Assembly (NCBI GenBank): GCA_029953675.1
Contig: JAMWBK010000004.1
Span: forward strand, 1,012,001-1,260,000
Source: Rhodosorus marinus CCMP1338
Lineage: Eukaryota > Plantae > Rhodophyta
Direction: 5' to 3'
DNA length: 248,000 bases
Shown: piece after piece, positions 27,446 to 41,560 of the stretch
Position numbering within the stretch: the first letter of the stretch is position 1
Layout: every line of letters begins with the position of its first letter
Notes under the pieces: model-generated
The model's input: only the letters and a program-made list of their open reading frames with translations
What the model was told of the DNA's origin: nothing
Databases searched by the model: none
Translations under genes and position numbers: made by a program

Positions 27446-28298
27446 TCACCATCCTGCATCTATGATCATTTCAGAACCAGTCACAAGGGAGCTCTCATCG
27501 CTAGCCAGGTAGGTTACCAGCGGAACTACTTCGTCGACCCTCCCAGCACGTTTTAGCAGATGCAAGTTTTCCATCTCCTCCGAGGGTATGAAATCGGTCA
27601 TGGCGGTCTTGATAACCCCCGGGCCAATGGCATTCACCCGAACATCTGGAGCTGCCTAGGCGTGGTGAGCGACGGTAAACAAAGCTATTAGCATCGCCGT
27701 AGAAAAGAGGGCCGGCTGTCGCAGAGGGAAGGTGGAGGAAGAGCGTAGGCTTGGATCTCACCTCGACGGCCGCATACTTCATGATCATAGATGCCGCAGC
27801 TTTGCTAGCAGCGTAAATTGCGGGGGCTGATCCCAAACCCGTGGTTACCGCTGAAGCCATGGTGCTTGAGTTTACGATGATGGACCCGGTGCCTCCTGAT
27901 GTTTCTTTCATCGCGGGTAGGCAGTGCTTGATGCCGAGAATGACGGATTTGACATTGACGTTGAGAACCGTGTCGATCATATCCACGTCCAACTCGGTGA
28001 TGGGTGCCTTTCCGTAATAGCCGGCATTCAAGAAAGCGGCATGTAATGCACCAAACGTCGACAGGGCCTTCTCAACCATGCCTTTAGCAGTGCTCTCCAA
28101 GCCCACGTCTCCAACATAGGAAGTAGCCTCACCACCGGCCTCATTGATCTGTTTCACCAACGCATCGAGCTTATCGGCAGATCGTGCGACAACTACTACC
28201 TTTGCGCCTGCCGTCGCGGCTCCGAGAGCCACACCTTCGCCAATCCCGGCCGACGCTCCGGTCACGATCACCACCTTACCAGTTAACGAGGCCGGCAT
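27446..28298 (-). CDS. Classical SDR oxidoreductase, 2 exons (intron 27656-27761)
   Basis: TGASAGIG, NAG, YAASK; the GT..AG intron restores VRVNAIGPG..VTGSEMIIDAGW. Confidence 0.88.
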
Positions 28299-29477
28299 GA
28301 TAATCAACTCTCCTATTAACCAACGTTTGAGGGATGAAACGTATCCAAGTTGCATGCAAGCAAACCATAATGGTCTGGAAATGTGGCACAGTTTAAAGTC
28401 AGCCTTTTATAGACCCGATGTGCGGATGCCCCCTCTCGGATCTCGAACAGAAGTCACTGTGCAACTAGCTTCAGTCCATCAAAACGCGGTGCATTTTTAT
28501 TTCCACTGTTCTTTTCGCAAATAACGTGTTTTTGTACTGTTTTTGTCTGCGGTTCGTACAACCGCCGACTAGAGGGGATGCATTGCTGTCAACTGCAAAC
28601 CATTGCTTTCCCGAGATTTTTCCTGTCTGATGAACACACTTGCTGTGTACTTACCAGCAAACTCACATTTCTCTAGTGGGTTCAGCCGGGGTATCGAACG
28701 GAATGATCTGGAAGGAAAGGGATTCACTACAAGGAATACTTCTTCAGCTGCATATCTCAGTTTATCCAGAGTACGCGAGGGAAGAGGAAGCCAGACTGTC
28801 ACCTCCGGCATTGTCAAATCTTGATAGAGACTACACGTCCGGCTTCCGAAAGGATCTAGAACGTATATGCGGTGGATGTGATGTTCTTATCCACATGAAA
28901 AGGAGCAGGAGGTCTAAATAGTTTTCAGGTCACCATCCCGCGAGCGTTCTCACTTCAAGTACAATACAGAACAGGTTCGAACACGAAAAAGATTACTTTT
29001 TGAAGTTTACTTTTCGAAGTTGGTGAGAAATTTGGAGTGGAAAGAGCAAAATTTTGGAGGCGATCTTTCGGATGTCCTAGATAAGCCTAAAACTTGGTAG
29101 ACAATTGGTATGTGTGGGTGCTGACGGGGTCCCTCCTCAGGCTCAGTTTTCTAATTCAGATTTAAATTCTGCTTTGCTCAACAGGTTTTCGAACTCGCCA
29201 CTTGCAGTACAGTTTTCAATATTAATACAGCATAACTTTAGGACACATTCGAAATATTGTCTCTAAATTTCATCTTATCCACTCAAAATTTGGGTTTCTC
29301 ACCCCACCGAAAGTTTGACAGTAATGTTCATATTCTAAATTTGGATAAGGCAAAACGCAAAAAATCAGAAACTTCTAGATTTCTAAGGGACGGTTTAGCC
29401 GTCCGTCCTCCTAGATAGATCCGACCAAAAATAAATCGATTTGGATTTAAAGTAAAAGTACGATGGAATTTGACGGT

Positions 29478-32330
29478 ATTATACGGTTACTGTCGAATGC
29501 CCCTTTAGTACGTGAATGTTTTGCATCCAAAAGCGTTTCTGGTATAAGTCCAGTCCCAGGACAACACATGGGTCAATCCACGGCGGGAGTAACATATGAT
29601 GTTTCCGATATTAACCAAGCTTTAGGCAGATGGGGAACTGAGGTAGTAGCATTGTTGGACAGAGTCCGCTACTAACACATAGGACTTGTAAGCAATAGAA
29701 GTGATTCGTAGTTTGTCAGCTACTAGAGCAATATGGATCAAGCCTGGGTAGGATTAAGGTTTTTGGACGCGTGCATCTGCACATACGTTTCCCTAAGCCC
29801 AAGATCTCAGAGGCTGTAGGAGTATATGTGTTGCTTCAAGAAGTCGGCAAAGTGCGTATGGTACCATTAGATGGGTGGATGGCAGATAAAAACGAGACTC
29901 ATAGGGCTTGAATTTCCAACAGGTTATGAGCGCAGACACGGCCGAGGCCGATTCGAAGCGGGAAGGAGGCCAGTTAGCGATTGACGAGCTGTCGTCAATT
30001 GATGCGCATAAACAGCTCGTCATCAATTGCCCTTTGCCACAATTCGCCGTCCGGTCTTGTTAGAGCCTCTTTCACATTCCTCGGTTCATCCAGAACATTA
30101 TCACCTGCTAACTTGATACTATTCAAGACATCCATGTTGGCCTCCTTCTGCTTCGAATCGGCCTCGGCCGTGTCTGCGCTCATAACCTGTCGGGAATTCA
30201 AGCCCTATGAGACCTGCAAGTTTAGTATTATCCTAGGAATGTGAAAGAGGCGCTAACAAGACCGGACGGCGAATTGTAGCAAAGGGCGATTGATGACGAG
30301 CTGTCGTCAATTGATGAGCATAAACAGCTCATCATCAATCGCCCTTTGCCACAATTCGTCCGGTCTTGTTAGAGCCTCTTTCACATTCCTAGGTTCATCC
30401 AGAACATTATCACCTGCCAGCTTAATATTATTCAAGAAATCCACATTGGCCTTCTTCCTGCTTCGAATCGGCCTCGGCACCTTTTTGGGGGGTGCCGTTT
30501 CGTTGACTGGTACATCAGTGCCATCAACTAAAACAGCATCGGAGCAAGAGGGGGAAGCAGTCGTCGGGGCACAACGGCCAAAAAAAGTTTAATGCTAGTG
30601 GGGGCAGGGAGAAACCCACACTCCTAGCCATTGGAGGCTCCAGTGGTAAGAATGACCTAGTAGTTGACAGTGGGGCATCCACACACATATTCGGGAACCG
30701 TGAGTTCTTCGATAACCTGGATCCGGTGACGGAATCCAAGGTCGGGTTGGCGGATAGGCGTGAAATCTCATGCACCCACGAGGCAACCGTATCGTTCCAG
30801 GTAAAAACGGATGTGGGAGTTCGGAAGTTGGGCTTGTCAAGGGTCAAATATTCTTCGGAACAGACGGGCAACTGTGTGTCCGTGGTACAACGGACGGAGA
30901 GGGGGTGCCGGGTCGCTTTCGATCCGAAAGGCGGACGCGTTGATGACAAGACCGGTGGAATGCTCGCGAGGATGGTAAATAGCAAACAGGGTTATATCCT
31001 AGATAGTTATATGACGCTAAAAGAACGTGTTTGCCATTATCTATTGGATGCTCATTTTCGCACTGACCACATGAAAGACCAAACGGCCGGAAGGATGTTA
31101 GATGCGGGCGCGAAACGTCTCATTTGTCTGAGGACAACGATGAAAAGAAAGCGGCGCAAGGGCAGGTTGATGCATGCGCTGGAGGTTGCAGATATAATAC
31201 ACAGTGATGCCTATGGGGCCTTACCGCGATCAGACGCAGGAAACTTCTCTCAATTCGTGACTTTCACTGATGAGAAATCGAGGTAGCTGAGAATCTTTCC
31301 AGTCGTGAAGAAGAGCGACGTTGAGGTTACTTTCATAGATTATTGCGAATGGTTCCAGAGGAAGACTGGTCGTCTTGCGATGGTTGTACATTGTGATAAC
31401 GGTGGGGAGTTCGAGAAGTTGTAACAATTGTTGAGAAAAAAGGGGGTAGAATGGGATCCAGCGCCACCTCATTCGCCAGAAAGCAATGGTATTGCGGGAC
31501 GGGTAAAATTCGACAGTACTAGAGTTAATGAGGTCAATGTTGTGCGACGCTGGAGCGTCGTTGGCAAGTTGGCCAAACATTGTCCAGCTTGTGGAGAGGA
31601 TTACAAACTCACGAACCCGGAAAGCACAGAGCGCAAGTCCTGTAGAGATTCCGACCCTATAAACGGACAGTACTGCGTGAGATAAGCGTACACCTCAGCA
31701 TGTGGATATAAGTCTCTAATATGCGCAGGAACAGGAAAAATTGAATAAGTTTGAGTTGAAGCATGTGGCAACGGAGAGTCAGACAGCGGAAATGTTGACG
31801 AAATCTGAGAGCAGTGTGCTATTCGAGAAACACAGAGATTCGATGGGACTGTAGAGCAGAGACTGCAAAGTGGAACTGACAGGGATCATTCGAAGGGGGG
31901 TGTTAACAGATTACATATATCCGGTTATTGTCGAATGCTCCCCTGGTGCGAATGTTTTGCACCCAGAAGCGTTTCTGGTATAGGTCCAGTTCCAGGACAA
32001 CCCATGGGTGAATCCACGGCGCGAATAACCTACGATGTTTCCGATATTGACGAACCTTGCAGAGGTCGAAATGAGGTTGTAGCATTGTTGGACAGACTCT
32101 GCTACTAAAACAGAGGACTTATCAGCACTAGATGTGATTCGTAGTTTGTCAGCTACTTGAGCATAAGGATCAAGACCGGGCAGGATTAGGGTTTTTGTAC
32201 GCTTGCATCTGCATGAACGTTTTCCCCAAGTCCCGAGATCTCAGAGGCTTTAGGAGTATATATATGTTTCTTCAAGAAGTCGGCAAAGTGCGTTTGGTAC
32301 TGTTAGCTGGGTTTGGGAGAGATAAAAAGT
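29478..32330 (+). mobile_element. Internally deleted Ty1/Copia element, second family, with LTRs at about 29.5-29.85k and 31.9-32.3k
   Basis: VVDSGASTHIFGNREFF protease; IHSDAYG and PHSPESNG integrase; KHVATESQTAEMLTKS; PPT GAAGGGGGG before TGTTAAC. Confidence 0.8.
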
Positions 32331-33281
32331 GAACTCATAGGTCTTGAATTTCACAACAAAAAAACGTTGGAGCCAAAAAAAAACCGTTGGGGCCAAAAAA
32401 AAAATCCCGTTGGGAGGGAAAAGAAACCGTTGGATGTTCTTCTCGCTCTAGAGATTGTGAGAAATTTAAACGACCAGGAAGGTTGCAAACTTCTCGTTGG
32501 GAAGAAAACATCGGGTGCATGTTTTTCTTGTTACTTTCTATATGTATGGTGCTTGTCTACTGCATAGTCCCCTCTATATGGCTAAGCACTTGGCTGGGGA
32601 GTTGATATGTGCCTCAATGGTTGGAACGTGGACTATTGTCCAACAATTATGCTTAAGCTCGATATCCATATGTCCAATGGGATGTTGGTCTCCCATACGG
32701 CAAACACCTGATTCCTTCTTAACAACGAGCTCCAGCTGTCCGCGGAGCCGATATTCGTGAATCTATTTTCAGTTGTGTTTCTACTATAGCCGAAGAGCTT
32801 AAGTTTGTCCACGCCCGTTAGCTCAGATATTTGCATGACAAACTTTGGTTCTAACGGGCCCTTTTTGGAAGAGGGTGCTAATTCACATCCTTTTCGAGTC
32901 GAATTGTGCAGGGTGCACATGAATTGTGGAAACATCGATCGCCCCGGAGGCGATTTGGAAAGGGAAAACCAACTTACTGAGCGCTGGAGCTGATCGTGCG
33001 CCAAGAATGCCACGAAGACTGGAGCCATTTCCATACACATCCGGAAATGTGGATTTGGTGGGGGGAAAAGCTGTGCAAAGACTGTGCTTTCTCGGAGAAA
33101 TGGAGAGGCTAGCTGACCACGATGACATGTTTCAACGCGAGTTGATCTGGTAATATAAAGGAAACACTATGCTAATAAAGCCAGTCTATAGGGTGGGGGG
33201 AGGGGGTGGGGGAGATTGAGAAGGTGGTGGACGACTTGGACGATAGAAGAGGAACGGAACTCGTCGATGAAAAAAAAAAAT

Positions 33282-33995
33282 ATGGGACCCTGCGCACTCG
33301 TTCTGTTAACTTTCGCGTTGCTTCATGCTGCTGCTCGATCTCAGAATTGTTTGGAAGACCCAAAGTCCGGAGCGTTTGAGTTCTCAGCGTTCTGTAGGCC
33401 TCTGGTCGACAGGACCGGGGTCCGTTTGGGTGAAGTGTGTGCGGACACTCTGATAAACAAGAAAGATATTCCAGGAGGGGATTTTTTGCGGAGCTGCATC
33501 AGGCTCCAGTTCAGGACTGATGAGGGATTCCAGTTGAACCTGCTCAGAGGAGGAGCGCATTTTGACGAGCCTCCCACAGCACAGGCACGATTTACCTCCC
33601 GCAGAAACATCGATGGTTGGAAGGAGAACAATGGGATTACGGACGCAGTTACCTCAGGTAGGCTTCTGGTTTGTCCCGAGGAAATGTCGGGAAAGTCAGA
33701 ATGCTGTGGAGAAACCATCGGGGTTGTCGCGTACGCGGTAGTCACCCCCGTAGACAATCCTGAGGCACCACGAATTCGAGCTTTTCTGAGCCCCGAGAAT
33801 GATGACTTTCTATGCACGACGCGGGACAGCGACGACACCACGTCCTGCGACGTTTCGATTTCATGTCCGTCATGCGAAGTGGATGAATGTCGACAGACAG
33901 GAGGGGCATGTGTAGCAACTGACGCTTTCCCTTGCCGTGTTGGCTCTTCAGTAAGTTCCCATAAAAGTCCTGCTAGTGTAAATCGGTTTGTATAA
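33282..33995 (+). CDS. Secreted protein with the shared Cys-rich domain and a Cys-rich tail (probably continues in exons to about 34.3k)
   Basis: Signal peptide MGPCALVLLT..; G.VC, CIRLQF, CC and C-x5-C pattern. Confidence 0.7.
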   Translation: MGPCALVLLTFALLHAAARSQNCLEDPKSGAFEFSAFCRPLVDRTGVRLGEVCADTLINKKDIPGGDFLRSCIRLQFRTDEGFQLNLLRGGAHFDEPPTAQARFTSRRNIDGWKENNGITDAVTSGRLLVCPEEMSGKSECCGETIGVVAYAVVTPVDNPEAPRIRAFLSPENDDFLCTTRDSDDTTSCDVSISCPSCEVDECRQTGGACVATDAFPCRVGSSVSSHKSPASVNRFV

Positions 33996-35149
33996 GCTCG
34001 TGATCACAGTCTGCGCCGTTAACCCGGGTTCTTCTGTACTGGAGATGATCCCAACGGTGGTTTTCTTCTATAGAAGGCAACGCGTGCATGGTGACTGTTT
34101 CCGGTTGCTTGTCGAACAGCGATATCGCATGTGTTGGCGACCATAGTCGTGGTCTAACAGCTGACCCTTTCTCCCCAAATGTCTTCCTCTAGGCATCGTA
34201 CAAGCAGGAAGATGAATTTTGCGGGTGTTGTGGAGGCGAAGACTCGTGCTTCGAAGGGAATAAGTGCGTTCCGAATACCGGCTCTACTCTCTGTGCTTAT
34301 CCGCAGGTAGGCATTGCTCGACTATTTTCATTGGTTACTCGCATTCGAGATAATTTCTGTAGAGTTTGGGACCCCGTTCAGGGCGCACTTCACCATCAAG
34401 TTCCGTGACTTGCTCGCTCCTATTTAACGCCCGTCATCGAACCAATCCGACTGTCCGAAATTAGGCTCAAATTGGCTTTCCGCCGGATTATCTGTGTAAG
34501 TGCAGCTGCGTCGATGATAACACTTGCACGGACCCAGCCACAGGCAACTGCATCCCCGTGGCGGACTTTGTTTGCATTATTGACCAATGGGTGAGGAGGG
34601 CACTTCAAGTTGTGCCGATAAAGAGCAAAACCACAGCGAAGACAAACTGTGTCAACGGCGAGTGCAGCATAGTGGAAAGCTAAATAGTTTCTGGTGACTT
34701 TGCTCTATCCGAATTCTCCACACACAGTCTCCCCTCAGAGCAGAGGACGGGACTTGCACATGTGATGGGCTTAGGTGCCCGGAAGGGGAGTGCCTTCGCC
34801 AAGAATCAGCTCCTCCAGGCTCGTGCACGACGACCGGAGTCACTTGCGATAGTGCCGTAAGGAATGAGCAGGAAATTCTCTCCCCTGGTGGTTAAGCGAG
34901 CTCTAACGAGTGTGTACCTGCTTCTAACCGTGATCTATGCTTACATAGGGAATCCTTTCTCGAGCGTTCGACGGTCAGCGGTGCATTTGCTGCAATGACT
35001 TTGATACAGAGGTGGTTTGCATTCGCAAAACGGATAACATATGCATCCTGGTTAGCGACTTTCCTTGCCCTGATGGGGTAAGTTGACAGACGTCTTCAGA
35101 CCTGCAAGCTAGCACTTGGCGGCAATCACCCACGCAGGGTTTCCAACGG

Positions 35150-35365
35150 CATGCGCATGCCGGCAAGCGCTTTCTTTTAGCTCCTGTTGACCTGGACCTT
35201 GGTGTCTCTGCGCTCCCTTTTGTGTACAGGAGATTCCAGCGTCATTTTCCAACAAACTTTGCACTTGTGTCCCGCAGATCGCATGCCGGCAAACGCTTTC
35301 TTCTGTCGCCTGTTGACCTGGACCTTGGTGTCTCTGCGCTCACTTTTGTGTACGGGAGATTTCAC
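35150..35365 (+). repeat. About 120-bp direct repeat x2
   Basis: GCATGCCGGCAA..GTTGACCTGGACCTTGGTGTCTCTGCGCTC duplicated. Confidence 0.8.
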
Positions 35366-36127
35366 ACCCTGCGTAGCGCGTCACGCTCTACTAGTAAATC
35401 CAATCCATCCGAACTCTTCATACAGCAACCGAAAACCGGAGTGCCTTTCGGCGATATAGCATCTCCTCGGTCCAGCTTTTCTTGTGGATAGTTGCTCTAC
35501 ACTCGATAGTCGAGGTAAAAAAAGGGGGTACTTCTGATTTCCTCAGCTGCTCTTTCCCGTGACCGCGCTGAATAGTTCCCCTCCTCCGCCCACAGGATCG
35601 GGGTTAAGCCTAAATACAGAATATTTCAAGTTATACTACACGCATAACAATTGACCAGAATTCGATTTGCTATGCGAAGGCGAAGCACGTACGGATTGGC
35701 CATTGCTTTGTTAGTTTTAAATATGTTTAGGAACGATGGTTGATGCACTAGTTTTAATCGGAGGCTGCAAGAAAGGACCTCGAGAGGAAAAAGGAGAATA
35801 TGCGCGGCGAAGATAGCGCGCCTCCAACATCAAAGCAGCGTTCCTACGCCACAGCAATAAACTTAAACTGGTAATCAACGAGGACAGACAGTCCGAGTGT
35901 TCGCGGAACAATTCCCGAAGACAACAAGAACCAACGGAATCCATAGAACCCAAAGCATTCAATGACCAGAGGTACCAGGCGAAGAGGAAGAGCCGAAGCA
36001 CGAATGCTAGGGAAGACAAGGCCCCGGAATATTTCACCTATTGGGATTGTAGAAACAAAGTGTTTTGTATGTGAAGGTGTATGGATCCTGACTTGTCTGC
36101 CATAAATACGATCGCCTCCTATGTGGA

Positions 36128-39100
36128 TTGGACTTTACTAGTATAGCCTGAAGCGCTACGCAAGGCGTGAAGATGAACTAATAACTAGGGAGGGAAGCAT
36201 GCAACCCCAGGCGCCGATGGCGCGCCTCGGAAAGCATGTGGCTGGAATATCGCCAAAAGGAGACACTTAAACGCCTCAAGAGCGCCAAATATTCAGTAGG
36301 ATGCTCAGCAAAACATTTCCGCAACCACTCTAAACCCGACTTATCCACGTGACCAAAGCTTTCCACAATGAATGGCTGGAACCGGTGAGAGCGACCCTCA
36401 GCGCAAGGCAGACTGGCCATGCTCTCAGCATACCGTCGTTCCCTAACTCTTCTAAGGGCTGAAGCCGCGGCCCCCCGGCGGCGGGCGGCTGCGGTGAGGT
36501 GGGCGCTGGCCACGGGGCAGGTAATCGCAAGGTCCACATATGTTGAGCGTCTGGCAGCAGCGTCGGAGACGAGGAGATCGGCTATACAACGGGGCGGTGC
36601 AGAGTCCGAGATTGATCTGGGCAGTTCCGACTCAACCTCAACCGTATGCCCTATCCGAGTCAAAAATTCGCTGAGGATGTACTTGAGGCGAGTGTGACGC
36701 CTCGTACGGAGACCTCTCAACAGTCCATCCGGCTCTCACATCCCTGACAGAAAGACGGCCGATTAGAGTGCCACGGAGCCTGTGGCAAACCGAGATAGAT
36801 CCGTGCGGCAGAACGGAACTGGAAAGCATCGAGACGATGACTCAATGACGACGGTAGAGTGGTTAACCACAAGTGCGAGAGGTGGCCTCCCATGCCGCGG
36901 AGACGAGCGGCAGTGGTAGGCGGCGTGAGAGGAGAATTGAGCATGACTGTGTGAGCGGCACTGTGTTGGCCCCAGGTGAGGCTATGTTGAATCACATCAG
37001 TGCGGGAGCTCCACAATCGGCTCAAACCCGGGTAGTCTGCGACAGGTGACCCGGGGCTAGCCTCTCCGTCATCGGCAAGAACTCGGTCGAGGGGGGTTGA
37101 TCAATCGCTTCAGCTCGTCCCCATAACAGCTCCTTCCAGGAACGAAAGCGGGATCGATTTGCGTCCGGCACGGCGTTGCACCTCCTGAACGCGTGTTGAA
37201 GACCATCATAAATTGTCAAAAGCGGGGGCGGCAGGGTCACTGGATCCTCGTTGGTCAAAGCTCGAGCCAAGAGGCAGGCACTTCGCATTCTGGAAGGTCA
37301 CCAACGTTCGCAGCGCGGTAGCCCAGGAGGCAACCGCCGCTGGCGAGCATACCAGCCCACGGTCTGCGACGCCGAATCCCCCTAATCGCAACGGTAGAAC
37401 GATCTGTGCACGAATCAAGTCCCTGTCGGGAGCAGCTTCAAGATCGAGGGGCTCATCCAAGAGCGTTCCCCAGTGTTGCAGGGTCATCTCGTCGGCTCTA
37501 GCCGCGATCCACGAGCCCCAAGCTGGAGGCAGGCTGCGCAACCAGTAGTTGAGTCTGGGACCGGCACAAAAGCGGGAAAGCAAGCAGACCGATTGCAGCA
37601 TGCTGTCGGGTAGGTGCTCAATGGCGTCGGTGAGTTGCTTGTGCCGTGCCAAAACTCGCTCGCAGGATGCTTGGACAAAGTTGTCAGTCCGCAATCCGAC
37701 GCCGTGGTGTTCGAACCCTTCACGTTCGCTGATTAGTCGCAGAGTGGGTGGCAGAGAGGCCAGCGAGACGTCCCTCGGGGGGAGAAAGCGACATTTTTCT
37801 GTTTCCACAGTCAAACCGACGCGACGTGCAATCGCTTCGATCTCGGTCAGCCCCCTAGCCAGGGTCTCAGGGGTGCCCAGCAATGTTACGTCATCGTGGT
37901 ACGCGCAGATTCGAAGATCCGAGACCTCAGTCGAAAGACGTAAAAGTACGAGCTGTAGGGCACAGGCATGAAGAAGAGGTCCGCAAGGGTCGCCTTGTTG
38001 GACGCCAGTATGTGCTTGAAAAACAGTGCCCTCCGTTGTCAAGTAGGGGAGGCTCTCCCCTCCGTAAATACCCGATAGAAACGGCCACGCCTCCGGAAAC
38101 ACCCGTCGGAGCACCTCTAGCGCATGCGTCCGCGACACGCTGTTGAATGCGTTCCGGAAATCAACCACCAAGACTCCCCACTCCGGCCTACTGGCGCGTT
38201 CTAGCTCGATCCCATGGGTGATCAGTTCGCAACCCCCAGAAAATCCCATCCCTACTTGCAAGGGCGCCATAAAAGCTGTGACTCGCTGGCGAAGGCGCTG
38301 GCATAGCCACCTCCCGGCTAACTTCCGTAGGCTCTCCACCATCCCGATCCCCCGGAGACGCGGGTGGACCGGCTGGTGGTCAGGTTTCGTGAGCAAGCAA
38401 AGCTGTGGCCTGCCGGAGATGTTCCCATGGCGCAGACGCACCCGATACGCCCTGGAACAACTTGTTAAGGATCCTCAGAAGCGCGCTCTGGCCAGGCTGG
38501 CTCAGGGCCTGCAATAGCTCTGTTCTTAGTCCGGAGGGTCCGGGACAGCGTCCCCGACGCGAGGTACGAAGCAAATCCTCCAGGTCAGACTCACTGAGCG
38601 TCAGATCGATGCGAAACCTGGCCAACTCCGGACGGTCCAAGAATACCTCGAATTCAGGGGACAAGTCCACGTCGGACTCAGGGAACAAAGACGACACCGT
38701 CTGGACGAGACTATCATCGTAGGGGAGGACAGGCGCCTGGCCCTCCAAAACCCGCGCCGCTCGACTTAAATCGCCCACTGCTACCAATTTCTGTACTCGA
38801 GCCGGCACGGGCCACACTGTGCCATGCCAAGTCCGACGGGCGGATGGTGCTGACGACGCCAAATAGCTGCGCTGTAGTACTTCGAAGTCTCCCTTCAAGA
38901 ACAGGGCCAGTCTGTCTCGTACTCGCCATCTGCGCTCCGATGTGTGAATGGGGGCCAGAATCAGGCGCGGCATGACCCCCAGAAAAACCCAAATGACTGT
39001 CTCCCGATTGCTGCGAGCCAGGCTCGTGAAGATGAAATCGAGAATGGTTCCAGCTACTAGAAGGTCTCCACGAGGGAGGACGACTGGGGGAATGCCCCAC

Positions 39101-41560
39101 GGAGGGGAAGCGAGCCTCCTTCCAAAGAAATCCACCGCCGGAGCCAACTCCGAAAACGCGTACGCCAAATGCCCTAGTCTCCGCCCTCCTTCAGGACATA
39201 AGACTGTAGATCCATAGGCTGCGACCTCGCAGCCGTGCCTGGAGCGCTAATCGTGCTTCTCCCCCTTAGACCCGGGGGAGTCGGTCCTCGCTCTCTTACC
39301 TCCTATCCGCACCAAAGTCGTGAGCCGCCCACTCCGCGAGGCTCGCGGAACGGATCCCGCGGGCTTCAGCAAAGTAACCTGGGCGTCCTCCACCGCCATG
39401 CCCTCAGTCTGCTCCCCTGACTCACCACTCTCGCTGGAAGTGGTGCTGGAAGCAGAGCCCTCCAAATCCCCAACCACTGCAGCTCTGTCTTGTAGCGCGA
39501 AGTCAGCACAAGTCGCCTCTCCAGATCGAAGAAGCTGGACACCGCCATGCGCAGGTGACGAGGGCCCGACCGGAACCGCTCCAACAAGATCAAGGCGCTG
39601 AATCCGTAGCCAATGGATCGCTGCCGCCTTCACGCTGCTCTCATGCTCAGAGAGCCCTGCCGTTTCTCCCGGAGACAGGAAATTGCCCGAGAAACGGTCA
39701 AAATCGAAGTGCAAAACCACCTGCGGGTTGCAGCGCAGCCACCGGGCGCTCTCAGGCCACTGCTCGGTAGGCTTCGCCAGCAAGGCCTCCAGGTACTTGG
39801 CGGCGGTTGCGGAGACCAAAAACAGCACATCGCGGCCCTCATAGTTTGCGAAGAAGAAATCACCCCGGCTGCACCCTAACGATTCCGCAAAAGTGTCCCG
39901 GAAGTCTCGCATAGACGGAACCTGGCCTCGTGTAGTCTGGGGCCGGACATTTCGCACCCACAGAAATTGGAGAGTGGTCTCCACAGGTCCATCCTGAGGC
40001 TCGCGAGATGGTAGGAAACGGCGCATAGCCGCCGTACATGTGGCAGTGGTGCCCTTCCGCAAGACTGGGGCGTACGAAGCGCCCCCCTTGCGGCCACCAC
40101 GTGCCCCCGCAGTAGCCGGGAGCTGGTGACCACCTGAGGGCTGGTCCAAGAGAGGGAATTCCACAGCTGCAGTATCCTCCACACCGGTTGCCGCACAGTC
40201 ACCACCACCATTGCCTCGAGTCCCCGAGCGCTGAGGCGCGTTTTGGCCTTGCTGCCGCTCCCCAACGTCGTACTGTCCCGCGCAGAAGCAACCGCCCTCG
40301 CCTGTCCCGGGACAGGTTCATGTTGATTGACCTGATGTTGACTGCCTTCAGCCAACGCTGCCACTCTTGTGCAATTCAAATTCTCGTCCGAATTTGAATT
40401 TGACCTGGCCAGCAATCCCGATTCCAGCCCACCTAGCTTCTGGGTGAGCTGAGGGAGCACTACATGATCACTCGCAGCCGTGATCAGGCTGGTGACAGCG
40501 GAGATAAGTGCACGCGCCTGGGTGCCAGAAGCGCCTTACAAGTCAACCTCGGAAGAAAAGGTGCCGCAGCTGAGGCGAACACGGAGTCCCCCACCTGGCA
40601 GTGCCTCCTTGGGATGAGGCTCCGTCGAGCGCGGAGATATCCCTACCATCCTGAGGGAATGCGCAAAGGAAACGTTGCACCACCAATATGAAAACCTCCT
40701 ATGTAGAAGGTGTAATTGAAAAGCTAGTAAACATGGAGAGGAGCATTGGGGTTTTGTTTCTTTTTCGGTCGCGAGCGTGTTCGTTTACGGGAAGCGCTTC
40801 CTCTGGTACGCCTTCCCCTCGATTTTCCGCGGTGCGTCGTTTGCATTTGCAACTACTTCTGTCTTCCGGGTGGGTGTGTTGCAGGGCCTTTCCTATTTGG
40901 GTTGGGTGTGGTCGATTATTCTCTCGGAGCGGTTTCATATTGGTGGTGCAACGTTTCCTTTGCGCATTCCCTCAGGATGGTAGGGATATCTCCGCGCTCG
41001 ATGGAGCCTCATCCCAAGGAGGCACTGCCAGGTGGGGGACTCCGTGTTCGCCTCAGCTGCGGCACGTTTTCTTCCGAGGTTGACTTGGGAGGCGCTTCTG
41101 GCACCCAGGCGCGTGCACTTATCTCCGCTGTCACCAGCCTGATCACGGCTGCGAGTGATCGTGGAGTGTTCCCTCAGCTCACCCAGAAGCTAGGTGGGCT
41201 GGAATCGGGATTGCTGGCCAGGTCAAATTCAAATTCGGATGAGATTCAAATTCGGATGAGAATTTGAATCTGACCTGGCCAGCAATCCCGATTCCAGCCC
41301 ACCTAGCTTCTGGGTGAGCTGAGGGAACACTCCACGATCACTCGCAGCCGTGATCAGGCTGGTGACAGCGGAGATAAGTGCACGCGCCTGGGTGCCCGAG
41401 AATTTGAATTGCACCAGAGTGGCAGCGTTGGCTGAAGGCAGTCAACATCAGGTCAACCAACATGAACCTGTCCCGGGACGGGCGAGGGCGGTTGCTTCTG
41501 CGAGGGACAGTACGACGTTGGGGAGCGGCAGGCAGGGCCAAAACGCGCTTCAGCTCTCGG
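36128..41560 (-). mobile_element. Near full-length CRE family B element (ORF1, RT-RLE ORF2 with single-base frameshifts, rearranged 5' end)
   Basis: ORF1 39247..40182; RT GVQQGDPCGPLLHA and AYHDDV (37206..38441); CCHC finger CQGC..H..SC; RLE 36178..36720. Confidence 0.92.
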
